DNA of 32,000 nucleotides from Bifidobacterium longum subsp. longum JCM 1217 (lineage in GTDB: Bacteria; Actinomycetota; Actinomycetes; Actinomycetales; Bifidobacteriaceae): NCBI RefSeq assembly GCF_000196555.1, contig NC_015067.1, positions 1,860,001 through 1,892,000 on the forward strand, written 5' to 3'. Of the stretch, positions 7,280 to 15,798 are shown in pieces. Each line of letters opens with the position of its first letter. Position 1 is the stretch's first letter. Both the position numbers and the translations under genes were made by a program. A model generated the notes under the pieces. It was not told the origin of the DNA, did no database searches, and worked only from the letters and a program-made list of their open reading frames with translations.

Positions 7280-7786
7280 TCAGATATTCTGACTACGACG
7301 TTGGAAGTCTTCCTGCATGAGTCGCAGAGCCTCGGTCAAGGTGCGTACCGTGGTTTCGCACTGGTCCGAGGTCAATCCGCCCAGCAGTTGGCTCAAATGC
7401 GCGTGATATTCCTCCACATAGATACGGCGGATATCCAAGCCGCGTTCGGTGAGCGTGAGCGTCACCGCACGCCGATCGGCGGCATCGGCGTGTTTGACGA
7501 CGAGTCCGAGGTCGGCCATTTCGCCGACGAGCTTGGTGATGCTCGGCGTAGTGACGCCGAGGAATGCGCTGACGTCGCCCACGCGCGCGGTGCCGGTATC
7601 TTGCCCATTCGGTTCGTTGATATGCCAGACGGCGTCGATCACGTGGACATAGCGCGGTTTCATACCTTTCGGCAATGCCGGCATCAGTTCGGTGATGGTC
7701 TTGGCCTTCCAGCAGACATCCAGGAGGCTCCGCACCTCATTCACCGGAAGCAAGCCGGTCTTGGTATCGGTTCGGGAATCGCACAT
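7280..7786 (-). CDS. MarR-family transcriptional regulator
   Basis: Winged-HTH region VGDVSAFLGVTTPSITKLVGEMADLGLVVKHADAADRRAVTLTLTERG. The track start at 7804 is a TTG. ATG 7786 has a GGAGG RBS (7796-7800) 9-10 nt upstream and is preferred. Confidence 0.85.
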   Translation of the reverse strand: MCDSRTDTKTGLLPVNEVRSLLDVCWKAKTITELMPALPKGMKPRYVHVIDAVWHINEPNGQDTGTARVGDVSAFLGVTTPSITKLVGEMADLGLVVKHADAADRRAVTLTLTERGLDIRRIYVEEYHAHLSQLLGGLTSDQCETTVRTLTEALRLMQEDFQRRSQNI

Positions 7787-7804
7787 CGCTGGCCCAACCT
7801 CCAA

Positions 7805-7838
7805 TTAGTTACCAATAGTCATTACCATAAGTAACTAT
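7805..7838. promoter_or_regulatory. candidate MarR operator / promoter region
   Basis: Inverted repeat TAGTTAC (7806-7812) with GTAACTA (7831-7837), containing two TTACCA direct repeats. On the minus strand it overlaps a TATAGT -10-like hexamer just upstream of the MarR RBS. Confidence 0.35.
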
Positions 7839-7895
7839 ATGCAGGCTCTAGACAAACCCAACGGCCTGCGCGCCCGTGTCGAGTTCCGTTTCGAC

Positions 7896-7922
7896 ATAAA
7901 AAAGCCAGGGAATCCCTGGCTT
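7896..7922 (-). terminator. intrinsic terminator ending the sugar ABC operon
   Basis: 9-bp stem AAGCCAGGG (7902-7910) with CCCTGGCTT (7914-7922) and a 3-nt loop, followed on the minus strand by TTTTTTA. A second bulged hairpin lies at 7946-7972 (TTGCCGGGAC / GTCCCCGGCAA). Confidence 0.65.
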
Positions 7923-7989
7923 GCAATGCACATATCGCTGCAGATTTGCCGGGACCTATATGTCCCCGGCAACAACAGCCGTATATACG

Positions 7990-8244
7990 CTACCGATCAG
8001 TGCTGCCCTCATCATCCTTGGCACCTGCCGTGGCGGCCTCAGTCTCCTTGGCGTTCCACCCGGCGACGGCATTCCAACCACTCCATCCGATGACCACTAG
8101 CAAGCACAGCGAGAAGACAATAGTGGCCCAATTGAACAGCGAGCCATCGTTATTGGCCTCGACCAGTGACTGCCAGAGCCAGATAACGCAGGCCAAGCAG
8201 GTCAATGCATACATACGGGAGGTGGAGCGCGCGGTGAGTTTCAT
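7990..8244 (-). CDS. small predicted membrane protein (84 aa, two hydrophobic helices)
   Basis: Internal ATG 8244 of track ORF 7990..8328, with an AAAGGA RBS about 12 nt upstream. Predicted helices are MYALTCLACVIWLWQSLV and WATIVFSLCLLVVIGWSGW. It lies between the permease gene and the operon terminator. No family recognised. Confidence 0.4.
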   Translation of the reverse strand: MKLTARSTSRMYALTCLACVIWLWQSLVEANNDGSLFNWATIVFSLCLLVVIGWSGWNAVAGWNAKETEAATAGAKDDEGSTDR

Positions 8245-8349
8245 GGCGGAAAAAGTCCTTTGATTACAAGAATGACGGCAGATAACAGTGTGGGATCCGC
8301 ACCAGCGGCACCGGCACGAATCCCACATCGAGGAGGAGAAAGGGGAAGG

Positions 8350-9522
8350 TCAGCTCTTCTTGCGCTTGGACATGATGTCCACGGCGACGGCCAGCAGGAG
8401 CACGAGGCCCTTGATGGTCTTCACCACGGCGGTGTCAACACCCATGATCGACAGACCCTGGTTGATAACACCCATCACGAATGCACCGATCACAGCGCCC
8501 GGGATGGTACCAATACCACCGGTAACGGCCGTGCCACCGATGAAGCAGGCGGCGATGGCGTCCATCTCGAACTCCATACCGGCCTGAGCAGTTGCGGAAG
8601 CCAGACGGGAGAGCATGCAGACAGCGGCCACTGCGGACAGGAAGCCCATGTGGACGAACAGCAGGAAGTCCACGCGGCGGGTGTTGATACCGGAGAGGAT
8701 GGCGGCCTTGCGGTTGCCACCAACGGCGTACACGTGGCGACCGAACACGGTCTTGGTCAGGATGAAGTTGTAGATGAAGACCAGCACACCGACGATCACC
8801 AGCATGATCGGGGTACCACCCTGATCAGCGTTACCGGAGGAAGCCAGCAGGTAGGTGACGAAGGCGATGACGACCGCGGCAAGCACAATTTTGAGGACGG
8901 TCAGGCTCATCGGCTCGGGCACCAGGCCGACCTTGGCCACACGGGCGCGCTTGCGCAGCTGGCTCCAGGCAAAGCCGACGATGCACAGGATGCCGAGCAC
9001 AATGGTCAGACCATCGAACGGACCCCACCAGCCAAGGATGTTGGGCAGGTAGTTACGGGCAATGCCACGGAATTCGAGGGAGGTAATCGGCACGGATTCG
9101 CCGACGATCACGGTGGCGAGACCACGGAAGATCAACATGCCGGCCAGAGTGGTAATGAAGCCCGGGATGCCGATGACGGCGACCCAGAAGCCCTGCCAGA
9201 CGCCGACGATCAGGCCGACGACCAGAGCGATGACGATGGCGAGCATCCAGTTGACTCCGGCGCGTTCCATCAGCAGTGCACACACACCACCGATGAAGGC
9301 TACCAAGGAACCAACCGAAAGGTCGATGTGGGTGGCGATGATGACCATCACCATACCAATGGCCAGGATGATCACGTAAGCGTTCTGCTGAATCAGGGAC
9401 ACGAAGGAGTTCGGCTTCAGCAGTGCGCCGACAATACCGTATTGACGGGCATTGTTGGCAACCGTGGCCAGCAGGCCGGTCTTTTCTTCTTTCTTTGCAG
9501 GTGTTGCAGTTGCGGCGCTCAT
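8350..9522 (-). CDS. CUT2-family monosaccharide ABC transporter permease (XylH/GguB-like)
   Basis: 390-aa polytopic membrane protein typical of ribose/xylose-type permeases. Its ATG overlaps the stop of the upstream ATPase gene (ATGA at 9522-9525 region), implying translational coupling. Confidence 0.9.
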   Translation of the reverse strand: MSAATATPAKKEEKTGLLATVANNARQYGIVGALLKPNSFVSLIQQNAYVIILAIGMVMVIIATHIDLSVGSLVAFIGGVCALLMERAGVNWMLAIVIALVVGLIVGVWQGFWVAVIGIPGFITTLAGMLIFRGLATVIVGESVPITSLEFRGIARNYLPNILGWWGPFDGLTIVLGILCIVGFAWSQLRKRARVAKVGLVPEPMSLTVLKIVLAAVVIAFVTYLLASSGNADQGGTPIMLVIVGVLVFIYNFILTKTVFGRHVYAVGGNRKAAILSGINTRRVDFLLFVHMGFLSAVAAVCMLSRLASATAQAGMEFEMDAIAACFIGGTAVTGGIGTIPGAVIGAFVMGVINQGLSIMGVDTAVVKTIKGLVLLLAVAVDIMSKRKKS

Positions 9523-11075
9523 CAGGCTGCCACCTCCCTTTCCTTGGTCATACCCTTCATCAGGTATTCCTGGGTAAATCCATTCTTCTCAACATTGTCG
9601 GTGACGACACCGTAGGACACCGTGTAAATGCGGTCACAGATACCGATGAGCTCGGGCAGCTCGGAGGAAATCACGATGACGGCCTTGCCTGCATCGGCAA
9701 GCTTATCGATGATTTCGTAGATCTCATACTTGGCGCCGACGTCGATGCCTCGGGTCGGCTCATCGAGGATGAGGATGTCCGGCTGCGAGATAACCCACTT
9801 GGCGAGCAGCACTTTCTGCTGGTTACCACCGGAGAGGGTGGAGACATTCACATCGATGTCATGGCACTTGATGTTGAAGTCCTTGCGGTACTGTTCAACT
9901 TCCTTGCGCTCAAGGTTGTCGTCCACAACCCCGCCCTTGCTGATCTTGGTCAGGGAGGCCAGGGACGCGTTCTCTCGGATGTTCTGCAGCAGGTTCAGAC
10001 CGTTGCCCTTACGATCCTCGGTGGCGTAGGCGAGACCTGCGTCAATCGCGGACTGCACGTTGGGCATCTTGACTTCCTTGCCCTTGACGAACACCTTGCC
10101 GGAGATGTTGGAACCGTAAGAGTGGCCGAAGATGGACATGGCCATCTCGGTACGACCCGCACCCATCAGACCCGCCAGACCGACGATCTCGCCGGCATGC
10201 ACGTTGATGTTCGCATGGTCTACGATCACGCGCTCCGCGTCGAGCGGATGATGCACGGTCCAATCCTCGACACGCAGGTATTCCTCGCCCGGGGTATTGG
10301 AGGGGTGGTTCGGGTACAGGTTGTGCAGCGGACGACCCACCATCTTGCGGATGAGTTCTTCCTGGTCGAGCGGCGTCTCCGGCGTCACGTACATCACACC
10401 GACGGTCGAACCGTCTCGAATGATGGTGACATTGTCGGCGATGGCGGCGACCTCGTTGAGTTTATGAGTGATGATGATGCTGGTCACGCCCTGCTCGTCA
10501 CGTAGCTGACGAACCAGGTCAAGCAGGTGGGCGGAATCCTCATCGTTCAGTGCAGCGGTCGGCTCATCGAGGATGAGCAGCTTCACGTCCTTGGACAATG
10601 CCTTGGCGATTTCGACGAGCTGCTGCTTGCCGACGCCGATGTCCATAACCTTGGTATCCGGGTCTTCGGGAAGTCCCACACGATCGAGCAGCTTCTTCGC
10701 CTCGGCACGGGTCTTGTCCCAGTCGATTACGCCACCCTTGGCCTGCTCGTTGCCGATGAAGATGTTCTCCGCAATGGACAGGAACGGGCTCAACGCCAGT
10801 TCCTGATGAATGATTACGATGCCGTCGGCCTCGGAATCATTAATAGTATGGTATTTGCATTCCTTGCCATCAAAGGTGATTTTGCCGGAATAGCTACCGT
10901 ATGGGTACACACCCGAAAGCACGTTCATCAGGGTCGATTTACCTGCACCGTTCTCGCCGCAGATGGCGTGGATCTCGCCGCGATCGACGGAAAGATTCAC
11001 ATCGGTGAGGGCTTTGACCGGACCGAACGTCTTCGTGATGTTTTCCATCGTCAAGATGGTGTCATTTGATGACAT
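9522..11075 (-). CDS. CUT2-family sugar ABC transporter ATP-binding protein, fused double NBD (XylG/GguA-like)
   Basis: Two ABC domains. The first has Walker A GENGAGKST, signature GVGKQQ and Walker B LLILDEP. The second has LSGGNQQK and ILILDEPTRGID. ATG 11075 has a GAGGAG RBS about 9 nt upstream and is preferred over the GTG at 11093. Confidence 0.95.
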   Translation of the reverse strand: MSSNDTILTMENITKTFGPVKALTDVNLSVDRGEIHAICGENGAGKSTLMNVLSGVYPYGSYSGKITFDGKECKYHTINDSEADGIVIIHQELALSPFLSIAENIFIGNEQAKGGVIDWDKTRAEAKKLLDRVGLPEDPDTKVMDIGVGKQQLVEIAKALSKDVKLLILDEPTAALNDEDSAHLLDLVRQLRDEQGVTSIIITHKLNEVAAIADNVTIIRDGSTVGVMYVTPETPLDQEELIRKMVGRPLHNLYPNHPSNTPGEEYLRVEDWTVHHPLDAERVIVDHANINVHAGEIVGLAGLMGAGRTEMAMSIFGHSYGSNISGKVFVKGKEVKMPNVQSAIDAGLAYATEDRKGNGLNLLQNIRENASLASLTKISKGGVVDDNLERKEVEQYRKDFNIKCHDIDVNVSTLSGGNQQKVLLAKWVISQPDILILDEPTRGIDVGAKYEIYEIIDKLADAGKAVIVISSELPELIGICDRIYTVSYGVVTDNVEKNGFTQEYLMKGMTKEREVAA

Positions 11076-11108
11076 GTCACCACTCCTCGTCACAGTTCTG
11101 TGTTCATG

Positions 11109-11143
11109 GACATGCGGCGCATATCGGCTATGCGCCGCATGTC
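11109..11143 (-). other. intercistronic stem-loop between the binding-protein and ATPase genes
   Basis: Perfect 15-bp inverted repeat GACATGCGGCGCATA (11109-11123) with TATGCGCCGCATGTC (11129-11143) and a 5-nt loop. There is no T-tract on the transcribed strand. Confidence 0.6.
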
Positions 11144-11175
11144 ATTGTGTTTGTTTACGGATTGCCTGATGAGGA

Positions 11176-12333
11176 CTACTTAGTCAGCTCGTCGAAGCGA
11201 TCCTGGGTGATGTAGTTGGCCGTGACCAGATCCTGGAGGTTGTCCTTGGTGATGTTCTGGGGGTCAAGCAGCTTGGACGGGACGTCGATGTTGTTGTTGT
11301 TGAACTTGCCGTTCAGGCCGGAGACTTCCTTGCCCTCGGCGATCTCGACGACCATGTCGTACACGGCGTCAGCCAGCTTGTTCACGTCCTTGAACACGGT
11401 CTCGCCCTGCTTATCCTTGGCGATGTTGGCAACTGCGATCTCCATGGCGTCCTGACCGGTGATATACGGCCAGGAGTCGGTGCCCGGCTTCATGTCGGGA
11501 CGCTTGGATTCGATGGCGTTGATCACACCCTGGGCGATGCCGTCGTACGGAGTGAGGACCGCGTCGAGCTTCTCGCCGTGGGCGTAGGTGGAGTCAAGGA
11601 TGGATTCCATGTCCTTCTGCGCCTGCTCGGTCTTCCAGCTCATCACGGAGATCTTCTGCCAATCCTCAACGGTGAAGTCTTTGGTCACGCCACCCTGACC
11701 GTGCTGGGACGGGGAGACGAGCACGCCCTTCTCGAAGTACGGCTGCAGCAGATCCCAAGCGCCCTTGAAGAAGTACTTGGCGTTGTTGTCATCCGGGGAA
11801 CCGGTGAACAGCTCGATATTGAACGGGCCGGTGGCGCCATCCTTAAGCTTGAGCTGGTCAATGAGCCACGTGGCCTCGAGCACGCCGACCTGCTCCAGCT
11901 GGAAGGTGGCGTAGTAGTCGACGGCGTCGGTGTTCATGATCAGTCGATCGTAGGCGATGACCTTGGCGCCTGCATCGCGGGCCTTCTCAACGGCGGGGCC
12001 CACTGCGGTGCCATCCTTGGAGGCGACCACGACGATCTTGGCGTCGTTGTTGACCATGTTCTCGATGTCAGCGTTCTGCTGGGCCGGCTTATCGTCGGCG
12101 AAAGACAGGATGACCTTGTATCCGGCCTTCTCCAGCTTGGCCTTCAGGTTGTTGCCGTCCTTGTTCCAACGCTCTTCGGACTTGGTCGGCATCGAAATGC
12201 CGATAGTGGCACCCTTTTCGATCTTGGCATCACCGCCAGTTGCCTGGCCGCTACGGCTGCCACCACAGGCCGCGAGGCCCGCGCACATGGCAACGCCTGC
12301 CACCACGGCGACGATCTTCTTAGTGAACTTCAT
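11176..12333 (-). CDS. sugar ABC transporter substrate-binding lipoprotein (XylF/ChvE-like)
   Basis: Signal peptide with lipobox (MKFTKKIVAVVAGVAMCAGLAAC-GGS) and a type I periplasmic-binding-protein fold pattern. A GAAGGAGA RBS precedes ATG 12333. It is the first gene of the SBP-ATPase-permease operon. Confidence 0.9.
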   Translation of the reverse strand: MKFTKKIVAVVAGVAMCAGLAACGGSRSGQATGGDAKIEKGATIGISMPTKSEERWNKDGNNLKAKLEKAGYKVILSFADDKPAQQNADIENMVNNDAKIVVVASKDGTAVGPAVEKARDAGAKVIAYDRLIMNTDAVDYYATFQLEQVGVLEATWLIDQLKLKDGATGPFNIELFTGSPDDNNAKYFFKGAWDLLQPYFEKGVLVSPSQHGQGGVTKDFTVEDWQKISVMSWKTEQAQKDMESILDSTYAHGEKLDAVLTPYDGIAQGVINAIESKRPDMKPGTDSWPYITGQDAMEIAVANIAKDKQGETVFKDVNKLADAVYDMVVEIAEGKEVSGLNGKFNNNNIDVPSKLLDPQNITKDNLQDLVTANYITQDRFDELTK

Positions 12334-12381
12334 TTGCTCTCCTTCATCTTCGAGGGGATGGCGAACCCTCCTTGGTCGCCC

Positions 12382-12405
12382 GAACCTGAGAATAACCTCA
12401 GGTTC
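12382..12405 (-). promoter_or_regulatory. perfect 9-bp inverted repeat at the predicted 5' end of the binding-protein mRNA (operator or 5' stabiliser hairpin)
   Basis: GAACCTGAG (12382-12390), AATAAC, CTCAGGTTC (12397-12405). It lies between the candidate -10 and the RBS. Confidence 0.4.
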
Positions 12406-12412
12406 ATCTCAT

Positions 12413-12440
12413 AGAATACCGTATTAAGTTAAGTTGTCAA
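12413..12440 (-). promoter_or_regulatory. candidate promoter of the sugar ABC operon (-35 TTGACA, -10 TATTCT)
   Basis: The minus strand reads TTGACA (12440-12435), a 16-nt spacer, then TATTCT (12418-12413). Confidence 0.35.
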
Positions 12441-12586
12441 ACTCAAGAAAGCGAATTTCCCGTCGTTTGCGTTCGACCAATGAACGCAATGGCGATTTTT
12501 TTCGCGCATCACAAGGCGACACGCCGAAAAATCCACGCTCTGCGCCTCGCTGTGCCTCATGCCGGTAACGACTACACTGGATTCTT

Positions 12587-13756
12587 ATGGCAACAAGGCT
12601 TTTCGGTTCGCAGACCTCGCTTCGCGAGGCAAACCGCGCCAACTTGCTGGCCAGCATCCACAAGTTCGGCGCCATGACACAGGTCGAACTCGCAGAGGTG
12701 ACAGGACTGTCCACTGCGACCGTGTCCACGCTCGTCCATCAGCTCGTCGACGAAGACCAGCTGGAGACCAAAAGCACCGTTCGCAACGGTCGCAGAGCCA
12801 CTCTGGTGACCCTTGCACGGCATCAGGGCCTCGGCGTCGGGCTTTGGATCGCGCGACGTCATCTTACGCTTTCTATCGTTGACTTCTCGAAGTCAATCAT
12901 CGCTGAGCACACGCTCCCCCTGCCGTTGGGCCACAAGGCGGACACAACGCTGGAACGCGCCATGCTGCTCATCAATGAGACCCTGAGCAGCATCGACGCC
13001 GAAGCCAGCGAGCTGGTCGGCATCGGCGTGGCCGTGGCCGCACCGGTGGCCACCAGCGACCACACCATAGCGATTCCCGGCATTCTGCCCGGATGGGACG
13101 GCGTCGATATCACGTCCCCGTTGCGCACGGCGTTCAACGTTCCCGTATACGTCGATAATGACGCGAATTTCGCGGCATACGGCGAATCCCGTATGGGCGT
13201 GGCGGCAGGCAAACGCAATTTCGTATATATCTCAGCCAGCGACGGGGTTGGCGCAGGCATCGTCATCAACGGCGAAATCATGCATGGCGTGACCGGCCTG
13301 GCCGGTGAAATCGGCCATATCCAGGTCGACCCGCTGGGTGCCATCTGTTCGTGCGGCAACCGCGGCTGCCTTGACACCGTCGTGGCGGAAAACAGGCTGG
13401 TGCAGTTGCTCAGCGTCACACACGGCAATATGACGCTGGACGATCTGGTGTCCTTTGCCAACGAAGGCGACCCCGGTTGCCGTCGCATCATCGCCGACGC
13501 GGCCGTGCGTATCGGTCAGGTGGCGGCTGATCTGTGCATCAGCGTGGATCCGGAGGTCATTGTGCTCGGCGGCAAGCTGGCCATGACCGGCGACGTATTC
13601 ATCCAACCGTTCAATGAAGCGTTGCAGCGCATGCTGTTCCCTGATGCCGTGGCACCCATCGATGTACTCGTGTCATCCCACCCGGACGACAATTGCGCGC
13701 TAGGCGGCGCATTATGCGCCATCGAGTTCTCGGTTCGCAATGACGTCAGCCAGTGA
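12587..13756 (+). CDS. ROK-family transcriptional regulator (NagC/XylR-type)
   Basis: N-terminal wHTH (NRANLLASIHKFGAMTQVELAEVTGLSTATVSTLVHQLV) followed by a ROK sugar-binding domain with GHIQVDPLGAICSCGNRGCLDT (ROK Zn/Cys motif). It is divergent from the sugar ABC operon. Confidence 0.9.
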   Translation: MATRLFGSQTSLREANRANLLASIHKFGAMTQVELAEVTGLSTATVSTLVHQLVDEDQLETKSTVRNGRRATLVTLARHQGLGVGLWIARRHLTLSIVDFSKSIIAEHTLPLPLGHKADTTLERAMLLINETLSSIDAEASELVGIGVAVAAPVATSDHTIAIPGILPGWDGVDITSPLRTAFNVPVYVDNDANFAAYGESRMGVAAGKRNFVYISASDGVGAGIVINGEIMHGVTGLAGEIGHIQVDPLGAICSCGNRGCLDTVVAENRLVQLLSVTHGNMTLDDLVSFANEGDPGCRRIIADAAVRIGQVAADLCISVDPEVIVLGGKLAMTGDVFIQPFNEALQRMLFPDAVAPIDVLVSSHPDDNCALGGALCAIEFSVRNDVSQ

Positions 13757-13793
13757 CCGGTACCAGGAGAAGAGTGATAAGAAGGAACACACC

Positions 13794-14660
13794 ATGAGGA
13801 ATTCGAGCACACCTCCTCTGCTGCGGCTGGAGGACATCTGTGTGAAGTTCGGCTTCGTCGAGGCGTTGAAATCGGTGAATCTGTCCATCCAGCGCCAGGA
13901 GGTCATCGCCATCGTGGGCGATAACGGCGCAGGAAAGTCCACTCTGATCAAGGTCATCGCGGGATTTCTGCAGCCGGGATTCGGCCATATTTATCTCAAC
14001 GGCGAACAGGTGACCATTCCCTCGATCAGGGAGGCGGACCGCATGGGCATCGCATCGGTGTTCCAGGGGCAGGAGTTCTGCGACAACCTGGACGTGGCCT
14101 CGAACCTGTTCCTCGGCAAGGAGATCAATCAGATTGGCATACGCGATGACGATTCGATGAACTCGCGTGCCCGTTCCGTGCTGAAGACCCTGAGCTCGGC
14201 GATTCGGGTCGGCTCCCCTATCGCATCCTTATCCGTCGGCCAGCGCCAGACCGTGGCCATAGCGCGCACGCTGCTCAATGACCCGCAGCTTATTCTGCTG
14301 GACGAACCGACCGCCGCACTGTCGGTGATGCAGTCGGCGGAAGTGCTCGCATATATCAAGCGACTGCGCTCCGAAGGCCGGTCCGTGGTGATGGTCTGCC
14401 ACGATCTGCCGGATGTGTTCGCGGTATCCGACCGCATTGTCGTGATACGTCAGGGGCACGTCACCGGCGTGCATCGAACCGTCGAAACGTCCTATGAGGA
14501 GATTATCGCCGAAATCGCCGGCGTGACCACCGAACACGAGTATGAGGAAATCGCCGAGAACCCGAAATTCGATTCCATGGTCAGGCAGCGGAAACTCATC
14601 GACCGCACTATCAGCGCGGCAGTGAGCCATGGCACCGGCCATGACTCACCATTAGACTAA
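13794..14660 (+). CDS. orphan single-NBD ABC ATP-binding protein, CUT2 sugar-transporter type
   Basis: Walker A GDNGAGKST, signature LSVGQRQ, Walker B LILLDEP, H-loop VCHDL. ATG 13794 has a GAAGGAA RBS and lies 37 nt after the ROK regulator stop. There is no adjacent permease or binding-protein gene on this strand. Confidence 0.88.
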   Translation: MRNSSTPPLLRLEDICVKFGFVEALKSVNLSIQRQEVIAIVGDNGAGKSTLIKVIAGFLQPGFGHIYLNGEQVTIPSIREADRMGIASVFQGQEFCDNLDVASNLFLGKEINQIGIRDDDSMNSRARSVLKTLSSAIRVGSPIASLSVGQRQTVAIARTLLNDPQLILLDEPTAALSVMQSAEVLAYIKRLRSEGRSVVMVCHDLPDVFAVSDRIVVIRQGHVTGVHRTVETSYEEIIAEIAGVTTEHEYEEIAENPKFDSMVRQRKLIDRTISAAVSHGTGHDSPLD

Positions 14661-14684
14661 CGCCCCGTTGCCGGAGCGGCATCG

Positions 14685-15635
14685 TCAGCGCAGAGCCAGG
14701 TTGGCGGCACCGATGAGGCCGGCGTCTTGGCCGGCGGTGGCGGCGACGATCTTGGCATGGCCGCGGTAGGCGCTGCCTTCCAGGAAACGCTGGTAGTTGT
14801 AGCGGGCCGGCTCCAGCAGAATGTCGCCGACGGCCACCACACCGCCGCCGATCACAAACAGGTCCGGATCGAGCACGGCGGAGACTGCGGCCATCGTGCG
14901 GCCAAGCCATTCGCCGATCTTGCCGAATGCGTACAGGCCGAGCACGTCGCCTTCCTGGGCGGCCTGGGAGACCATCGGGCCTTCCAGCTTGGAGATGTCG
15001 CCGCCACACAGCTCCATGAGACGCTTGGCATCCTGCGGACGACGGCGCACGGCGGACTTGGCGAAGTTCTCCAGCGAAGTGCCCGAGGTGTAGCGCTCGG
15101 CGCAGCCGCGCAGGCCGCAGCCGCAGTGGTCGCCGTCCGGGACCATCGGCAGGTGGCCGAGTTCGGCGGCCATGCCGAAGGAGCCGCGGTACAGCTGACC
15201 GTTGATCACGATGGCGCCGCCGAGGCCGGTGCCCACGGTCAGGGCGACCATGTTGGAGCTGCCCTGGCCGGCACCGTGCACGTATTCGCCCCAGCCGGCG
15301 CAGTTGGCGTCGTTCTCGACAACGACCGGCACGGCATGGTCGATCAGCGCGCCGACGTGCTCGGACAGGTCGTAGTTGATCCAGGCCGGGATGTTGGCGG
15401 AGAAGGTGAGCGTCTTGCGGTCGGCGCTCACGTTGCCGGCGGCGGAGATGCCGATGGCCTCGATATCGGTGTGTCCGGCGGCCACAGCCTCGCGGTACAC
15501 CTCGGCGATGTGCTGGTTGATGGCGTCGGCATCCATCGGCGTGGGGACGCGCCAGCGCTGGATGATGCTATCGTTTTCATCGCAGACGGCGGCGGCGATC
15601 TTAGTTCCTCCGATATCAATGGCGAGCGTGGTCAT
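14685..15635 (-). CDS. glk: ROK-family glucokinase
   Basis: ATP-binding start LAIDIGGTKIAAAV with no HTH domain. Also ENDANCAGWGE and the ROK Zn motif GHLPMVPDGDHCGCGLRGCAE. An AAGGAG RBS precedes ATG 15635. Confidence 0.9.
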   Translation of the reverse strand: MTTLAIDIGGTKIAAAVCDENDSIIQRWRVPTPMDADAINQHIAEVYREAVAAGHTDIEAIGISAAGNVSADRKTLTFSANIPAWINYDLSEHVGALIDHAVPVVVENDANCAGWGEYVHGAGQGSSNMVALTVGTGLGGAIVINGQLYRGSFGMAAELGHLPMVPDGDHCGCGLRGCAERYTSGTSLENFAKSAVRRRPQDAKRLMELCGGDISKLEGPMVSQAAQEGDVLGLYAFGKIGEWLGRTMAAVSAVLDPDLFVIGGGVVAVGDILLEPARYNYQRFLEGSAYRGHAKIVAATAGQDAGLIGAANLALR

Positions 15636-15798
15636 GGCTTACTCCTTGAAGGCTTGTGTGGCGTACGAGACAGCGAAAATAGTAACGAGTTGCCATGACC
15701 TCCCATAGCGTATTTTTCATGATTTGTCATATCTCGCGCACGTTCTGCCAATGTGACCCTGCACACGTTTTTCACCATTTATAAGCACTGTTAACGCT

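Noticed and set aside
8260-10505. Plus-strand ORFs of 451 aa (8260..9615) and 360 aa (9423..10505)
   Set aside because: They are antisense to the ABC permease and ATPase genes. The products are D/H/G-rich and low-complexity.
11578-12414. 278-aa plus-strand ORF
   Set aside because: It is antisense to the substrate-binding lipoprotein gene.
14727-15698. 323-aa plus-strand ORF
   Set aside because: It is antisense to the ROK glucokinase gene.
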